A DNA stretch of 63,843 nt, filler included, from Reticulomyxa filosa (GCA_000512085.1; 18 parts of 18 records of this genome joined end to end with filler, not necessarily neighbours in it); one strand, 5' to 3'. Positions 51,043 to 63,843 are shown, counted from the whole stretch's first letter. Notes: generated from the sequence alone by a model not told the origin. Translations and numbers: made by a program.

Positions 51043-52856
51043 TCATGTCGTGTTGATGTTTTCAAGTGCTTTTGTGACAACGTGAAGCAATTTTTTGAGC
51101 TCGTCTACACATTGATCATCCTTGTTGTTTTCATCACTGACTCCTTCTCCTCTGGGATTTTCGCTGGCTTTGACGCCTTGCACGGCAAGTTTTTTTATCT
51201 CATCGATGCTTTGTTCGATGGTTGTCACCAAAGCGCGCATGCTGTGCTCACCAACAGCAGAGCGCAATTTTTGGGAAATATCAATGGCTTTTTTAGTATG
51301 GACAGAAGGAATTAATTCCTTTTGGATCGTCAACATTCGCTCATTTGAATTCGATGGTGACTTGGTGATTTCTTTTGACGGTTGGTTCTCGCGCTCACTC
51401 ATTTCCTTGTCCGAAGTTGTCACGTCTTCTGTTTTCTTTTTCGACTCTGATGGGTCAGCGAGTCCAACATACTTGTGTTTTTTCAATTCTTCCATACTTA
51501 TACGTTGGTCTTCGGGCTTGAAAATTTTTTCCATTACATCTGTCATGTTTTTAAATTCCGTTTACTTCTTTTTTTTTTTTACAAAAAAAAAAGAAGAAGA
51601 AGTGTACGTCCGAATAATATCAATCACCCCCCCTGAAAAAATTACCAAAAACATTTTTAAAAAAAATTACCCAAAGCATCTGCTGAAACTAATGGTAATC
51701 TTCGCCAGTGGGCCAATACATCACGCAAACGACCCGAAATAATGAATCGGAAAGCAGGATTAGTAGGGCTGGGAAATTCATACGGGGGGGCACCAGCCAA
51801 CATCATGAACAACATCACTCCTAAGCACCAAATGTCTGCTTTCTCTGGCAGATATTCTTGCTTTGCATACACCTTTTTTGTTTTTGTTTTTCGTCACATT
51901 AAAATCAAACTTAAAAAAAAAGTAACAATTTTGGTCTGTTTTTTTTTTCCCCTTTCTTTTTACAGTACGTATAATTTAGTTTGATGAAAACAGAGGTTTG
52001 ATACAAAAAAAAATCAACCAAAAAAAAAAAAAAAAGAAAATAAATGATAACACAGAATTATCAAACTTCCGGTGCCATGTATCCAACTTTGCCGACTTTT
52101 TCTTTGAATTTTTGATTGGGTGTGAAATGTTGCGCCAAACCAAAATCAATAATCTTAATTTTGGCTTCATTGCCGATTATCGAAGCTAACATTGTGTTTT
52201 CTAGGCTCAGATCCAAATGAGCGACTCCTTTAGCGTGCATCCAAGATACCGTGCTGACTAATTGACGAAAGAGCGATTGCACGCATAAGCTCCATGGATT
52301 TGGTGTTTTTTGGCATTTTTGTTCTTGTGTGGAAACACTCTTCACTATTTTGCTTAATTCTCCTTTCGTGTGATTGTCGCGAATAAAATCGAACAACTCT
52401 CCTGCTCCACAATGCTCCATTGCTAAGTAATAACAGTTTTCATCTTCCCAACTTTCAATGCATCGTACATATCCTTTTTTTTTTGTTCGTTTTTGCTCAT
52501 TTGATGTACTACTAGTTGTAATTCCTTCTCTCTTTTCCCCTTTTTTTTTGTGAGACCCTTTCCTTTTTCTACGTTCACCTACCTTCATTTTGCTCTTTTT
52601 GAGTCGATAAATACAACTGGATCTTTTTCTCTCGTTCAAAGTTCTCAGGTACTTTGTGGCCATCGCGAGATTTGCCTTGTTTCACCAGTTCCCGCCACGT
52701 TTCTTTTACCACTGCCCAGGGATACTCTCCGGTTTTGTCTTGAGCCAAATATACTCTTCCTTGTAAAGTGTTTGCCAAAACTTTGGCCAGTTTAAACCTA
52801 TTTCGTCCTCTTAAATCCTTCATTTCAACATCCTTTGACTCCATTTGGGTTTTCAT
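51043..52856 (-). CDS. Ser/Thr protein kinase, CAMK-like, five exons
   Basis: Motifs VVKE, LAMEHCGAGELFDFI, VAHLDLSLEN, KIIDFG, VGKVGYMAPE and ADIWCLGVMLFMMLAGAPPY. Introns at about 52474-52581, 51873-52066 and 51560-51670. Confidence 0.95.
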
Positions 52857-55109
52857 TTGATTTTCAAATGAGGTTGCACACTTCAAAAAAAAAACAACTG
52901 CAAAGAACAACTTTCAACAATAAAATATGCACACGAAAGCATTAAAAAGCAAAAAATTTATTTGATTTTCGAGTTAATTATCTTCATCGAAAAGATATAT
53001 GAAAATCTGACGATTAGAGCTAACTCCAAACTACTTGCCATCATTGTACTTTCCATTTATTGGTGAACGACCAATTGAATAGAAATTATTACATAATTTC
53101 TGTGTTTGGAGAACTCTCCATGTGATATTTGCTTTATTGAAACTTTGAAAGTCACATAGCAGAGTTTTGGCAAAAAGAGCAAAACATATTTAAAAAATAT
53201 GTTACCCGAAGACAGCATAAGAAAATATATAACGAAAATGAAAAAAATCCTTTTTTACTGTTTCGCAGCAATGCTATTATTTTCTTAAGGATCTTTGACA
53301 ACAGAACTAAGAGAACGGAAGTAATTTAAATTTTATTTTTGTCAGTATTAAATGATAATGTGAAAAAATGCAATTTACAAACGTATGAGTGTTTAGTCAC
53401 AAAATTAACTAAATTGATTTATAATCTAAATGTTGTAAGCACACCAATAAGTTTTCAACTGTAAATGCGATAAGTTATTCTTTCACATAAAAAAAATTTT
53501 ATAAAAAGTGTAATGCATGTGCTTTTTTTGGGAGAGGCCGGTACATATANNNNNNNNNNNNNNNNNNNNNNNNNNNNNNNNNNNNNNNNNNNNTTAATTA
53601 ATTAANNNNNNNNNNNNNNNNNNNNNNNNNNNNNNNNNNNNNNNNNNNNTTTTTTTCCAATAACTATTTATTACCATTTTTTGTCGTTTTGTCAGAATAA
53701 GATTTGACATTGCAAAAAAAAAAGACAGGTCTTAGATGTGCAAACAATATTTTCATTTAAAGAAAAGAAAATTTTATATTTATGATAGTTTCGTTGGATT
53801 TTTTGAGGTTAAGATGATTTTAAGATTTAAAAACAAATATTTCAAAATATCACTGCGTTTTGAAGAGGGAATAGGGTGCCAACGAGCTAAAACAAAGTAA
53901 AAAAACTTGCTGCATGTGTTTTTATTGCAAATGTTGAAAAAATCTCATCCCTCGTCAAGTGTAGCAAATGAAAAGGAAGACAAACAAAATTAAGAGTGTT
54001 AATGCGAAAAGATCAGCGCCGACGTTACACAGTGAAGAGGAAACAGTACTCTTTTGAAATATGGGAGCTATCCTCTGAGCAATGCCCTTTTCTGCGTTGG
54101 TGGTATTAATCTCTTGCTCTAATCCTTGCAAGAGATTTGCGCTTGTTGGTAATTAAAAAAAGACAATAAAAATGATGGCCAATTAGACATTGGATTTAAC
54201 ACTTTTTATATTAGTGATTATGGAACAATCGCTAGAAAAATTATTAAACTCAAAAATTCCTGGAAAAAAATGTACTCAGATTCTCTCTGCCTTTTTCATA
54301 CACCTCCATCTCTCTTTACTTCCTTATGCTGAAATGCACACGGGCCTTTTTCAAAACTCCATTTTTGGGGGGTTACAAAAGGCTCTCAGAACATTACTTT
54401 TGTTCTCTTTTCTTGGTTTGTTGATTCGTTGGGTTCTGTTATGATTATCTTTTCTTTGTCTATGTACTGCTCGATTACGATGACATAAAATAATATTCCT
54501 CTTTTCCTAGTTTCTTCATCTTTCTCTTTGATTAACTATCATGTTCAAGCTCCTGCAATCGAATAAATTAATTCGAAATCTTAACAAAGATTTTTCATCA
54601 GATTGCGTGTTAACATTCAAATTCAAAAACGAATGAAACATTTCATTCATCAATAAAATAATTAATTAAAACTCCAACTATACAATAATTTGAATAAATT
54701 AACACCACAAAAAAAGATTTGGTGTTTCATTAAAAAAAAGAATATTCAAATTCAAGAAACAAGAGATAACAAAGGAATTGCTTGAGAGTGAAACATATGG
54801 GCATTAAAATAAAATCTAACTCATTCCTGATTTATTTCTGTAACACTTTCAATAAGTTTGAATTTATGTTGTTGCATTTGATATATTTAATGTATTTCCA
54901 CCTTTTACTTTGTTTGCACTTCCACTCATTATACTTTGATTGTTATTCTTTTCTTCATTAATGACAGTATTATAATTAGTTTTATTAAAAACAAAACTTT
55001 TACATTCTTNNNNNNNNNNNNNNNNNNNNNNNNNNNNNNNNNNNNNNNNNNNNTTAATTAATTAANNNNNNNNNNNNNNNNNNNNNNNNNNNNNNNNNNN
55101 NNNNNNNNN

Positions 55110-56334
55110 AATAAAGTTCAATTTCAAAAAGGAGATTGCTACATGATGATAGACTTGGGAGCATGGACTGCTGATATGGTATATCATGAAATTACTGGAT
55201 CATTTGAAGTGATGGAAATGATTGCCTCATTTAGAAGGCCTTGGGGAAGCTCTTATATTGATCAAGATATTCTTAAAATATTTGATGAGTTTTTCGAAAG
55301 GAATATCATTCTGGGTATTAGAGCAAATGTCGTTTTTTTCAGAATGAAGAGATTGACGGAACAAACAATATCCAAATCCCATCCGAATTTTATAATTTTA
55401 CGAAAAACAAGATAAAGGAACTCAAAGTGTCGATTTCCAATTGCAAATATCATAATGAATCTGGGTTTGATTCTGTCAACATTTATATATTCTTATTGTT
55501 TTTTTTGAGTTCGAAGATATTAGGAATAATTGCCAACGCGAATATGGCATTAAAAAAATGATAGCCATTCCTACAATGGCAATGACTTGTTTCTGTCTTG
55601 CAAGCTATGGATGAAATTATTCGATTTAAGAATTGACGCAATCATCACAAAGTTGGATGAAATGTTACAAAAGAATGAACAGATATTGAATGGAAGACTG
55701 AAATATATATATATGTTTGGTGGGTGGATTTAGTCAATCTTCTTATTTGCAATACAAACTGAAACAGTATTACAAGTCAAAATATACACTTGTAATTCCA
55801 AAAGAACCCATCTCAGCAACTGTTAAAGGGGCTGCTCAATTGCCGAGAGTCCCTCATTTCATTTCTTCCAGAATTGTTAAATACACGTACGGTGTTTATG
55901 CCTGTTTGCCAATCGAATATGCTCAGTCTCATTCAAAAGTCAGCCAAGATCATATCAGCAAATACAAATACATTTGTGACATTGACAACAAAGTGTATGT
56001 CAAACAATGTCTCGTGGTATTTGTGAATAGAAATGAAGCAGTGAAAGTGGGACAGGTGATTCAACATAGTTACTCGAAAACATCGAAACGGGAGAAAGCT
56101 GTACACGTTAAGATCTATCGCAGTGAGGAAGGAGACCCAGGAGTAATCACTAAATGCACACGTTTGGGAGAGATCAAAGTGCCATATCCAGCAAATTTCA
56201 ATAACGAGGACAAATATTTCATTCGCTTTTATTTTGGTGAGACAGTGATTCGAGTGACAGTCACAATCAAAGGAAAAGAATACGTCGAAAAAGAACAACA
56301 AATCAACTACAAAGTACCTGATTTGGTAATTTAA
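55110..56334 (+). pseudogene. HSPA12-like atypical Hsp70, C-terminal half, disrupted
   Basis: YMMIDLGAWTADM...PWGSSYID (degenerate DxGGGTxD), then VGGFSQSSYLQ, ATVKGAA, SRIVKYTYG and FYFGETVI. Stops and frameshifts lie between 55415 and 55717. Confidence 0.8.
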
Positions 56335-56496
56335 ACACAAAAAGTACTCAGTAAAAATGGAGTGTGTGTGTAGTCTTTTATCAACTGAATGACAGANNNN
56401 NNNNNNNNNNNNNNNNNNNNNNNNNNNNNNNNNNNNNNNNTTAATTAATTAANNNNNNNNNNNNNNNNNNNNNNNNNNNNNNNNNNNNNNNNNNNN

Positions 56497-57530
56497 TATC
56501 CAGTTCAGCATACATTGCATCGGCCCAATCAGCAAGCCAACGATTGCCAATCATAAATCCCCATATCCAAAATGTCGAATGGCTGCCGCAAAACGAATTC
56601 GAGAGTGCTGTATATCATTACAACACAAACACACAACTACATAATAACATCATCGACATTGCTTTCATCCCAAACCAAGCCAGACTAGCCAAAAACGTGA
56701 CGTCACGTATACAGGGTGAGTCCCGGGATAAACTGACCCCGGAACATCGCACATTGGTTAAAGAGGTTTCAAAACCACACGCTTCCGGGTATCTGAACGC
56801 TCGCCCCAATAAATTCCAACGCTCACTCTTCGACAATCGTGAAATCCGTGCCCTTCTCCGATTTCGGCTAGGGCAAAAGCAAACGTTCAATGTAAAGTGC
56901 CAAGCAAACCCAGCCTGCTCGACACCCATGGATGTCCTGGGTAACCACGCGCAGTCTTGCCATTTCGGAAAAGGCCGAGTAGCCCGCCACGACTGAATAG
57001 TTGCCTGCATTGCCAATCTTTTAAAGCGTGCAGCTATCCCGCACGAGAGGGAAGTTCGTGCCAACCAAGAAACGAACCACAGGCCTGGCGACATCTGCCT
57101 GCGATGGTTCGGAGACGAATTTGAACAGAAGTGCCTGGATATTGGAATCACACATCAAAACATTATTAATCAACAAGTACACAAAGGAAACAACGCAGAC
57201 AATTGGGCTTTAGAGAGGTACCGACGTGTAAAAATCACGAAGCACAGGCTGCGGTGCGAGCAAGCGGTCAAGTCTTTTACCCCCCTCATTGCAGAGGCCA
57301 CAGGTGGATGGCAACAAGATGCCAGAGATTTCTTTGATAAACTGGCCTAAGTGATTTCCGACAAAGATGGTGATGATCTATTCAAGGTCAAGGAGCAAGT
57401 ATACAATACATTAAGCATTCAACTTCAAAAAGGGAATGCACGATTACTTAACTCCCATTGCGCATAGCAAGGGGCACAGATACTTGAACATGGACATGAT
57501 GAAAGTTCGAGTTCGAGTTCAGATTAAAGA
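56497..57530 (+). mobile_element. Non-LTR retrotransposon 3' part (CRE-like): CCHC zinc knuckle + restriction-like endonuclease
   Basis: One frame reads ALLRFRLG..CQANPACSTPMDVLGNHAQSC..RVARHD*..RPGDI..CLDIGITH..FTPLIAEATGGW..LSIQLQKGNA, with in-frame stops at 56994, 57348 and 57465. Confidence 0.88.
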
Positions 57531-57919
57531 TCCTATTTGTCAACAGACCCCGTTCGTGAAAATAAAAATATTTTCTTCCTAAATTGAATTTTTTTCGTAT
57601 CATTTTTCCCAAAATAGGGCAAATATCAAATTATTTAAAACTGATTTTCGTTTTTTTGGGTAAATTATGGGTATTGATAATCCCTTTTCGTTTTAAACTT
57701 GGGGAACTATTTACTTTTTCCCATGACTTTCGATATGCGAGTTTTTTTGATTTTTAAAAACCTTNNNNNNNNNNNNNNNNNNNNNNNNNNNNNNNNNNNN
57801 NNNNNNNNTTAATTAATTAANNNNNNNNNNNNNNNNNNNNNNNNNNNNNNNNNNNNNNNNNNNNTATATATATATATATATATGTATATATTTATTTATT
57901 TATTTATTTGTTTGTTTGT

Positions 57920-59117
57920 TTGAAATAAACAGACTCCAAAACTTTAATGCCATTAAATAAAGTACTGGGCTTTGGCAATGGAATGGTACCATTTTGCCAT
58001 CCGTCAATGGTGTGGTCATCAAATTGCTTGTCTTCACGCAGCTGGTCAAAGGGCAACATAAAGCCAGGAGGATATTGCCTGTCGCCGACGACGTGGTTAT
58101 TAAAGTGCAGTACGGCAATGTCGTTTAACTGCAGTCCGGTGAAGTGCATGTCTTGCACTTCCACAAATCTCAGTGTGTCTCCGCCATGCTCGTGGTGCTT
58201 GTCCGGCAGAACCTGGATATCGGCCCAACTTGTCACTGGGTTCCAACTGCGAATCACGCCCTGCACGACCAAGTTGTTTTCCTCGCGAATTATTACGTCG
58301 ACGATATCTCCAGGCTTCCATTTATGTTGCTGTTCGCTGCCATTGGAATGGAGTCCGACTTCTGTCTTCACTTTCTCATTTACATTTATCACATTTGTCA
58401 CATTTGTCACATTTGTAGCATTTGTCATATTTGTTGTTATTTCGGTTTTCTTTTCTTCTTCTTTTCCTTTTCCTTTTTCTTTTTCTTTTTCTTTCTCTTT
58501 TTCACGACGTGCCGTTTTCATGTCCAACGATCGTGCACGTGCGTTGAGGTCAAGATTTGGAGTGGCTCCATTTTTGTGTGACACCACTTGAACATTTGCA
58601 ATGGCATTGTGCTCATCCGTGTTGGGTGGCTTCAACTCGCGCGGCACAAAATCTTCAGCCTTTCCACTGCTGCCAAATTGCTCTCGATAGCGCTGCCTTG
58701 CATTATTGGCTTCATCGAAAGTCGCGACGGCGGGTAAGTCGTAAATGCTGTCCATGCGTACTTCGTGATCGAGATTGAACAAATAGTTGGCCGGGGAATT
58801 GGGAGATTGACTTCCACTGACCGGAAAATTCCTCGACGTGCTCGGCATCGCCATATGCGTTGCAACTGCAGTAACGGGTTGAGTTCGAGACCATTTGTGG
58901 TGGCTCTCGTCGTTTTTCAAACCGTCGCTGTCTTGTGGCTCTTTCTCCATTGATCGAACGATACGGGGGTTACGTGTGCGATTGCTCCCTTTGCTTTCTT
59001 TGCTCTTCTTCTCTTCGCTCTCTTGGGACTTGCTGTCCGCTTTTGCCAACTCTTCATCGTGGTACGTCTTTGGTCTTTTGGTTTTGCACGCATACATATT
59101 TACACATGCATATATAC

Positions 59118-59151
<34 letters not shown>

Positions 59152-59752
59152 GTACATATATGTATGTATATGTATAGACAAAAACTTTACATAGGAATCT
59201 CCAACAATGAATCGACATTTCCGGTGCTAGTGAATTGCGTTGCTTCTGAAGCTTGAAATGACAGTCCTATGTTTAGTAATAACCAATAATAATAAGTAAT
59301 AATAATAAGTAATAATAATAATAATAATAATCATTATTATTACTTATTATTATTTATAATAAAATGGAAACGAAACGTGAGTCAGTGGTGGTAAGAGTAT
59401 CCAAGGATCGTGCATCGTCACGAGTGGAAAGGGGGTTGGGTGGAGCAAAATGTCTTGGAGCAGCGTTTGTTGCTCCGTTTGTCATTGGTTGCGGGCGAGG
59501 AGCCGAATTGGAAGCTTTCGTAGGTGCACTAAATTCATAGGGCTTGTCGTCTGGTGGCTGAACCAACTGTGGATGATATGGAATGGGATGAGGTTCTTCC
59601 ATTTCACTCTTATCATCGTCATTATCTGCTTCGTCATCATCTGCTTCGTCATCATTACCTTCTTCTTCTTCCTCCTCCTCCTTCTCTTCTTCTTCTTCTT
59701 CTTCTTCTTCTTCTTCTTCTTCTTCTTCTTCTTCTTCTTCGTCGTCTATCTC
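57920..59752 (-). CDS. Low-complexity protein with a Tudor/SH3-like beta segment, partial, multi-exon
   Basis: Poly-E start and a long open frame of 425 aa containing WKPGDIVDVIIREENNLVVQGVIRSWNPVTSWADIQV. Introns contain (TATATG)n and (AAT)n repeats. Confidence 0.6.
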
Positions 59753-59852
59753 NNNNNNNNNNNNNNNNNNNNNNNNNNNNNNNNNNNNNNNNNNNNTTAA
59801 TTAATTAANNNNNNNNNNNNNNNNNNNNNNNNNNNNNNNNNNNNNNNNNNNN

Positions 59853-60220
59853 ACTCATTCAAGTTGGAAGTTGCACAAATTTCTGTTAATTTATTGACCG
59901 TATCAGCAAATATCTGATTGCAATTTTTCCATATTTGTGATATTGTTATTTTTTTAATTTTATTACCAAAATGACCGAATAGCATCATCAAATGATGCTG
60001 TGTTGTAAATTTATACTGTATTAAAAAATATGGATCAAACGATGTTTTTGTGTATTAAAAAAAGAAAGAAAATAAAAAAATTAATTGTTACGTGTTTTCT
60101 GTCATCCAAGTTAAGAGAGCCTTTGTCTCTCCAACATTTTCATTACATTCCTCCCATGCTTTTAAAACAATCTCTTTGTTTATCTTAGGAAATGTTTGTT
60201 GAAGTTGTTCGAGCATGATG
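59853..60220 (-). pseudogene. Short helical-repeat (CUE/UBA-like) gene fragment
   Basis: MLEQLQQTFPKINKEIVLKAWEECNENVGETKALLTWMTEN followed by a second similar unit (FGNKIKKITISQIWKNCNQIFADTVNKL). Confidence 0.4.
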
Positions 60221-62740
60221 AAGTCAAACCCTTTTTTAGTTTTTTTGATTTAGAACTTCTACAAAAACGGCGCATGTATGTCAACAGTATCTGTATAACA
60301 TAAAGACATTGTTGTTTTCATAAATAAAGATTGTTGGGGAATTATTTATTGTGGAACTTTGAGTTCTTATGTGAGTAAGAATTTAAAACACTTTAAATAC
60401 AACAAAACTCTTGGTAGATTCCAAAAAAAAGTTTTTCTAGTTTTTTTTGTGTTCTTGGGAATATCAATAGAATGTATTACTCACAGATCTCTTGTTTAGA
60501 TATATTTTTTGCTTAATTTTGTTTTAGAATAATAGCTTTAGACGTTTTAATTTTTCAAAAAAACTATTTTCTAAAGTGGAGTTTTATGTTCTTCCCTTTT
60601 TAAACGCAAACCCTTGGAGCAAAGAAAAAACTCTTCATCATTGTAATTATCATAATATCAATAAATGTACATCAAATCATTGTCAACAGGTTCAGTGTTA
60701 CACATTTAACAAGATTTTATGCTTTTCATTTTTTTAAAACATGTGACACATTTGTCATAATATATTATAATAAATGAAGATTTCATGGAAATTCTTAATC
60801 CAAAAATTAGATTACTTTTTAATAGATAAATTTCTCAAAGATTATGTAAGGAAAGTCACTACATCACATCTTTAAATACTAACGGAACGGTGGGACCCCC
60901 CCAGTGGGTTAAAACCCTCTTCTTAGCACTATTCATTCAGGAATGCACTGCTATGTGTTGTTGGTTCAAATCTGGTTGCAATTGCTTAGCTTTCTTGCGA
61001 GCATTATGCAACAAATCTACTTATCATTACCAGGTATGCCAGAATGACCTTTAATCCAATAAATATCTGGAACATTATCCCATTAAATAATCTTAGGGTC
61101 TTTTGACAATACATAATTGGCACTTTAATCTCATTTGTTGAATAACGCGTTAATAACAAACTTACACTTAGCCAGAATTATCAATCTTCCATAATTTAAT
61201 CTGTAATGATTACCAACACATTCTAATGCAAGTATCACTGCTTCAATCTATGACCCAATATTGGTAGTGATGCCAGTGATTAGATATTCCAATTCCAACC
61301 ATTTGGCATACTTGGATCTTGAATTACAAGTCATGTGTCTCCAATATCAAGGATTTGTGTATGTGCTTCCATCACAAAATATCAGAATGCAATCATTATC
61401 CAACGATAACAGAATTTGGTCTGATATGGGATCACTGAAAATTGCAAATGGTGATTTTTTCGATTATGGAATAAGTGAAATTTACATTGGTGGAACATTT
61501 GTGATTGCACGAGGATCAGGTTTAATTGTAGGCACTCCAGCATCAGTGCATGGATACATCTACGGGATAATGTCGACAATTTACCAATCCATGAATATAA
61601 TTCAAATGTATCTTTAGTCTCGACTCATTCTAAATCTTGTATGCCAACACAAGATTATGTCCATGAAATCGACCTGACTATCTGATATACTTGTAGCATA
61701 ACTTCACCTCTTCTTGTCTTCGTCGCCATTCCAAAGGAGTTAGTTGAGAAATAAGACAAGGGAAAACGAGATAGTGTAAAGAAAGTTAAGTAAGTAAATT
61801 TTGGGGAAAAGGGGTCTATCAGTTCATAAGGAATTTTGTCAGTAGCCAGTAGGGCTTTGCGCTACAGTTTTCTTTTGTTGTGTTCTTTTTTTTTCATTCT
61901 CTTTGCAAAACTCGCTACACTTCCCTCTTTTTTTTTTAATAATTAGAACGATTATTTTGCACTATTATGTGTTCACACGTATTGATAATTTTCGATTTTG
62001 TTTTATCAATTTTTGTTTGTTCTAATTTCTTTTTTGCATACTTTTATTATTACTAAGGCAAAAAACTAAACCATTGAAAATGATTAGAAGATTTTATGCA
62101 AAGTGGTCATGTTTTCTCTTCAGATTACTGAACTTTCAAATTGTATTTCAAAAATTTGCAGATCAATTAAAACAAAAAAATTGAACAAATAAATCAAGCA
62201 CAAGTTTTAAATGTAACATTTATTCATTTTTTTGAAAAGCAATATATGATTAGGGTGTCTTGACTTTCTACGTAATAATAAGGACCATACACTTCAATGC
62301 TAATTTTTGTACTTGCTGGTCAAATACTACATTTCCTTTTGTAGTTGACCAAACTGTCAAAATTTGTAATTACTGTGTTTGAAATACGGTCCACGCCCTT
62401 GAAGTATAAACCCATTAATGTTTTAATAATTCAAACCACAATTATAAATATTTTAGGTAAATATAATTTTGGATTTATTGTATTAATTGACATATAATAC
62501 TCATAAATTATCACCAGCATATCTTCTTTTTGTCCATTTTTGTGCATAGTACAGCAGATTGCAAAAAAAACTGCAATACCTAAATGGCACTATACAAAGA
62601 GAATCGATTTTCTCCATGAAAAATAAAGATTTAAACCTAANNNNNNNNNNNNNNNNNNNNNNNNNNNNNNNNNNNNNNNNNNNNTTAATTAATTAANNNN
62701 NNNNNNNNNNNNNNNNNNNNNNNNNNNNNNNNNNNNNNNN

Positions 62741-63320
62741 AAGGAATCAACATACACGGTGAAGCGACGCCAAAATCTTAATGTATGCAGACGACTTGAT
62801 TACATGAGCAAACTCGAGTGAAGAAGTGGATACGATACTAAGTATAATAGAAAAAGACGGTGATTAGACCTGTGTTGGAATATGGAATGCAGACGCTGCG
62901 GCTGACAACAACCCAAATGAAGCGACTAGAGTCAATACAGCATAAATATTTGAAAAAATAACTGGGACATATATAACTACGAGGCATTCGGCGATAAGGG
63001 TACTTCTGGAAATAATATCGGTGAATACAAGGATAGACCTGCTTCGCCTAAAAACATGGTATGATATAGTACAAAGCGACAGTTGGCAAAGAAGCGGAAC
63101 ATAAAAAACATATAAAGATTAAGTAATCAGATAGAACAAAACTACACCAGATAGATATATGAGACACTAAAGGAATATAGTCTAGAATATTGGACGGAAA
63201 GGATTGATTTAACTAAGGATCAATGGGATAAATTGATACAATGAAAAATACATAAAAGACAAACTAAAGTATAGGAATAGCAATAGCCGATAATGCATGT
63301 AGTGTTAGAATGTAATAAGA
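62741..63320 (+). mobile_element. Degraded non-LTR reverse transcriptase fragment
   Basis: KILMYADDLIT* at about 62772-62807 contains the RT catalytic YADD motif. It is followed by A-rich, stop-ridden coding-like sequence. Confidence 0.6.
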
Positions 63321-63843
63321 TTAAGGCAATAATGAAAATCTATTATCAAATCTGCCACTGAAACAATAAATCATATAGCTAACTCAATTTCTGCAATCAC
63401 CACTTTGTGACCAACTGGTTCGATAAGTAGATGTACCTCAAAATCTGAACATCGGAATAATCTAGTTCATAATACATTTTGTATGACCCCATCGAAAATT
63501 TGCGTATTGTTCGACTGTAGGTACGCACTAGATGAAAATTACGTGACTTTGGCTATTTCAAAAATTTTGGAGTTGATTTTTAAGTCTGTTGAAAGACTGC
63601 AAATTTTTTTTTTTGGGGGGGGGGGGTTCAAAACAAATTACAAAATATTGAATGATAATCATGGTAATATCTTTCTTCTGTACATTGTTTTCTTTTCCAT
63701 AAAATGAAGTTTGTATGTGCTGATTTAGACATCAGAGGAAAGTATAAGCACTAATGAATCGGACAACGAGACAGTACTAAATGAGTTCAACGTCCGAATG
63801 AGTGACTTGAACGAACTGTTTTACAAACCAGTGACGAAACGAA

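Noticed and set aside
56994-57467. RIP-like or methylation-driven C-to-T signature from the TGA, TAA and TAG stops in the retroelement
   Set aside because: All stop codons start with T, so three stops cannot show a mutational bias without a consensus alignment. Selenocysteine is also implausible in a retroelement.
4695-57470. Alternative genetic code (stop reassignment), suggested by the odd eRF1 and several in-frame stops
   Set aside because: Intact conserved genes have no internal stops and end in TAA (peroxidase, COX17, archease), TAG (TPR, 49596 gene) or TGA (kinase, RING). In-frame stops occur only in otherwise decayed sequences.
61261-61617. 118-aa ORF with a beta-rich look (ISEIYIGGTFVIARG)
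   Set aside because: It has a TTG start, no recognisable motif and stop-ridden flanks. It may be a pseudogene fragment but cannot be assigned.
5285-62740. Regularly recurring TTAATTAATTAA palindrome as a CRISPR-like or biological repeat
   Set aside because: It is always centred in exactly 44+44 Ns, so it is a synthetic six-frame-stop contig spacer.

Overview
AT-rich eukaryotic draft sequence. It consists of 18 short contigs concatenated with an artificial 100-bp linker (N44-TTAATTAATTAA-N44), so adjacency across linkers is not reliable. Short GT-AG introns with long homopolymers, poly-N/Q/E/D low-complexity proteins and many decayed gene copies suggest a protist, probably a foraminifer such as Reticulomyxa (inference from style, no database search). 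Recognisable genes are a class I heme peroxidase (CCP/APX), KRR1, a TLC-domain membrane protein, a probable ATP12, an F-box/LRR-like protein, COX17, a ubiquitin-like plus multi-TM protein, a 7TM GPCR-like protein, archease, TPR, PH and RING-H2 proteins, and a CAMK-like kinase. Decayed copies include eRF1, HSPA12-like and TRAF/RING-like genes and two non-LTR retrotransposon fragments (a CRE-like RLE 3' end and a YADD RT). The most interesting locus is a multi-exon gene (about 20139-23640, minus) with a RelA/SpoT-like nucleotidyltransferase domain between ankyrin-like repeats, a candidate eukaryotic alarmone or nucleotide-signal enzyme. A second notable pattern is that many 3' splice sites have poly-A instead of a polypyrimidine tract. 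All family calls rest on motif recognition only.
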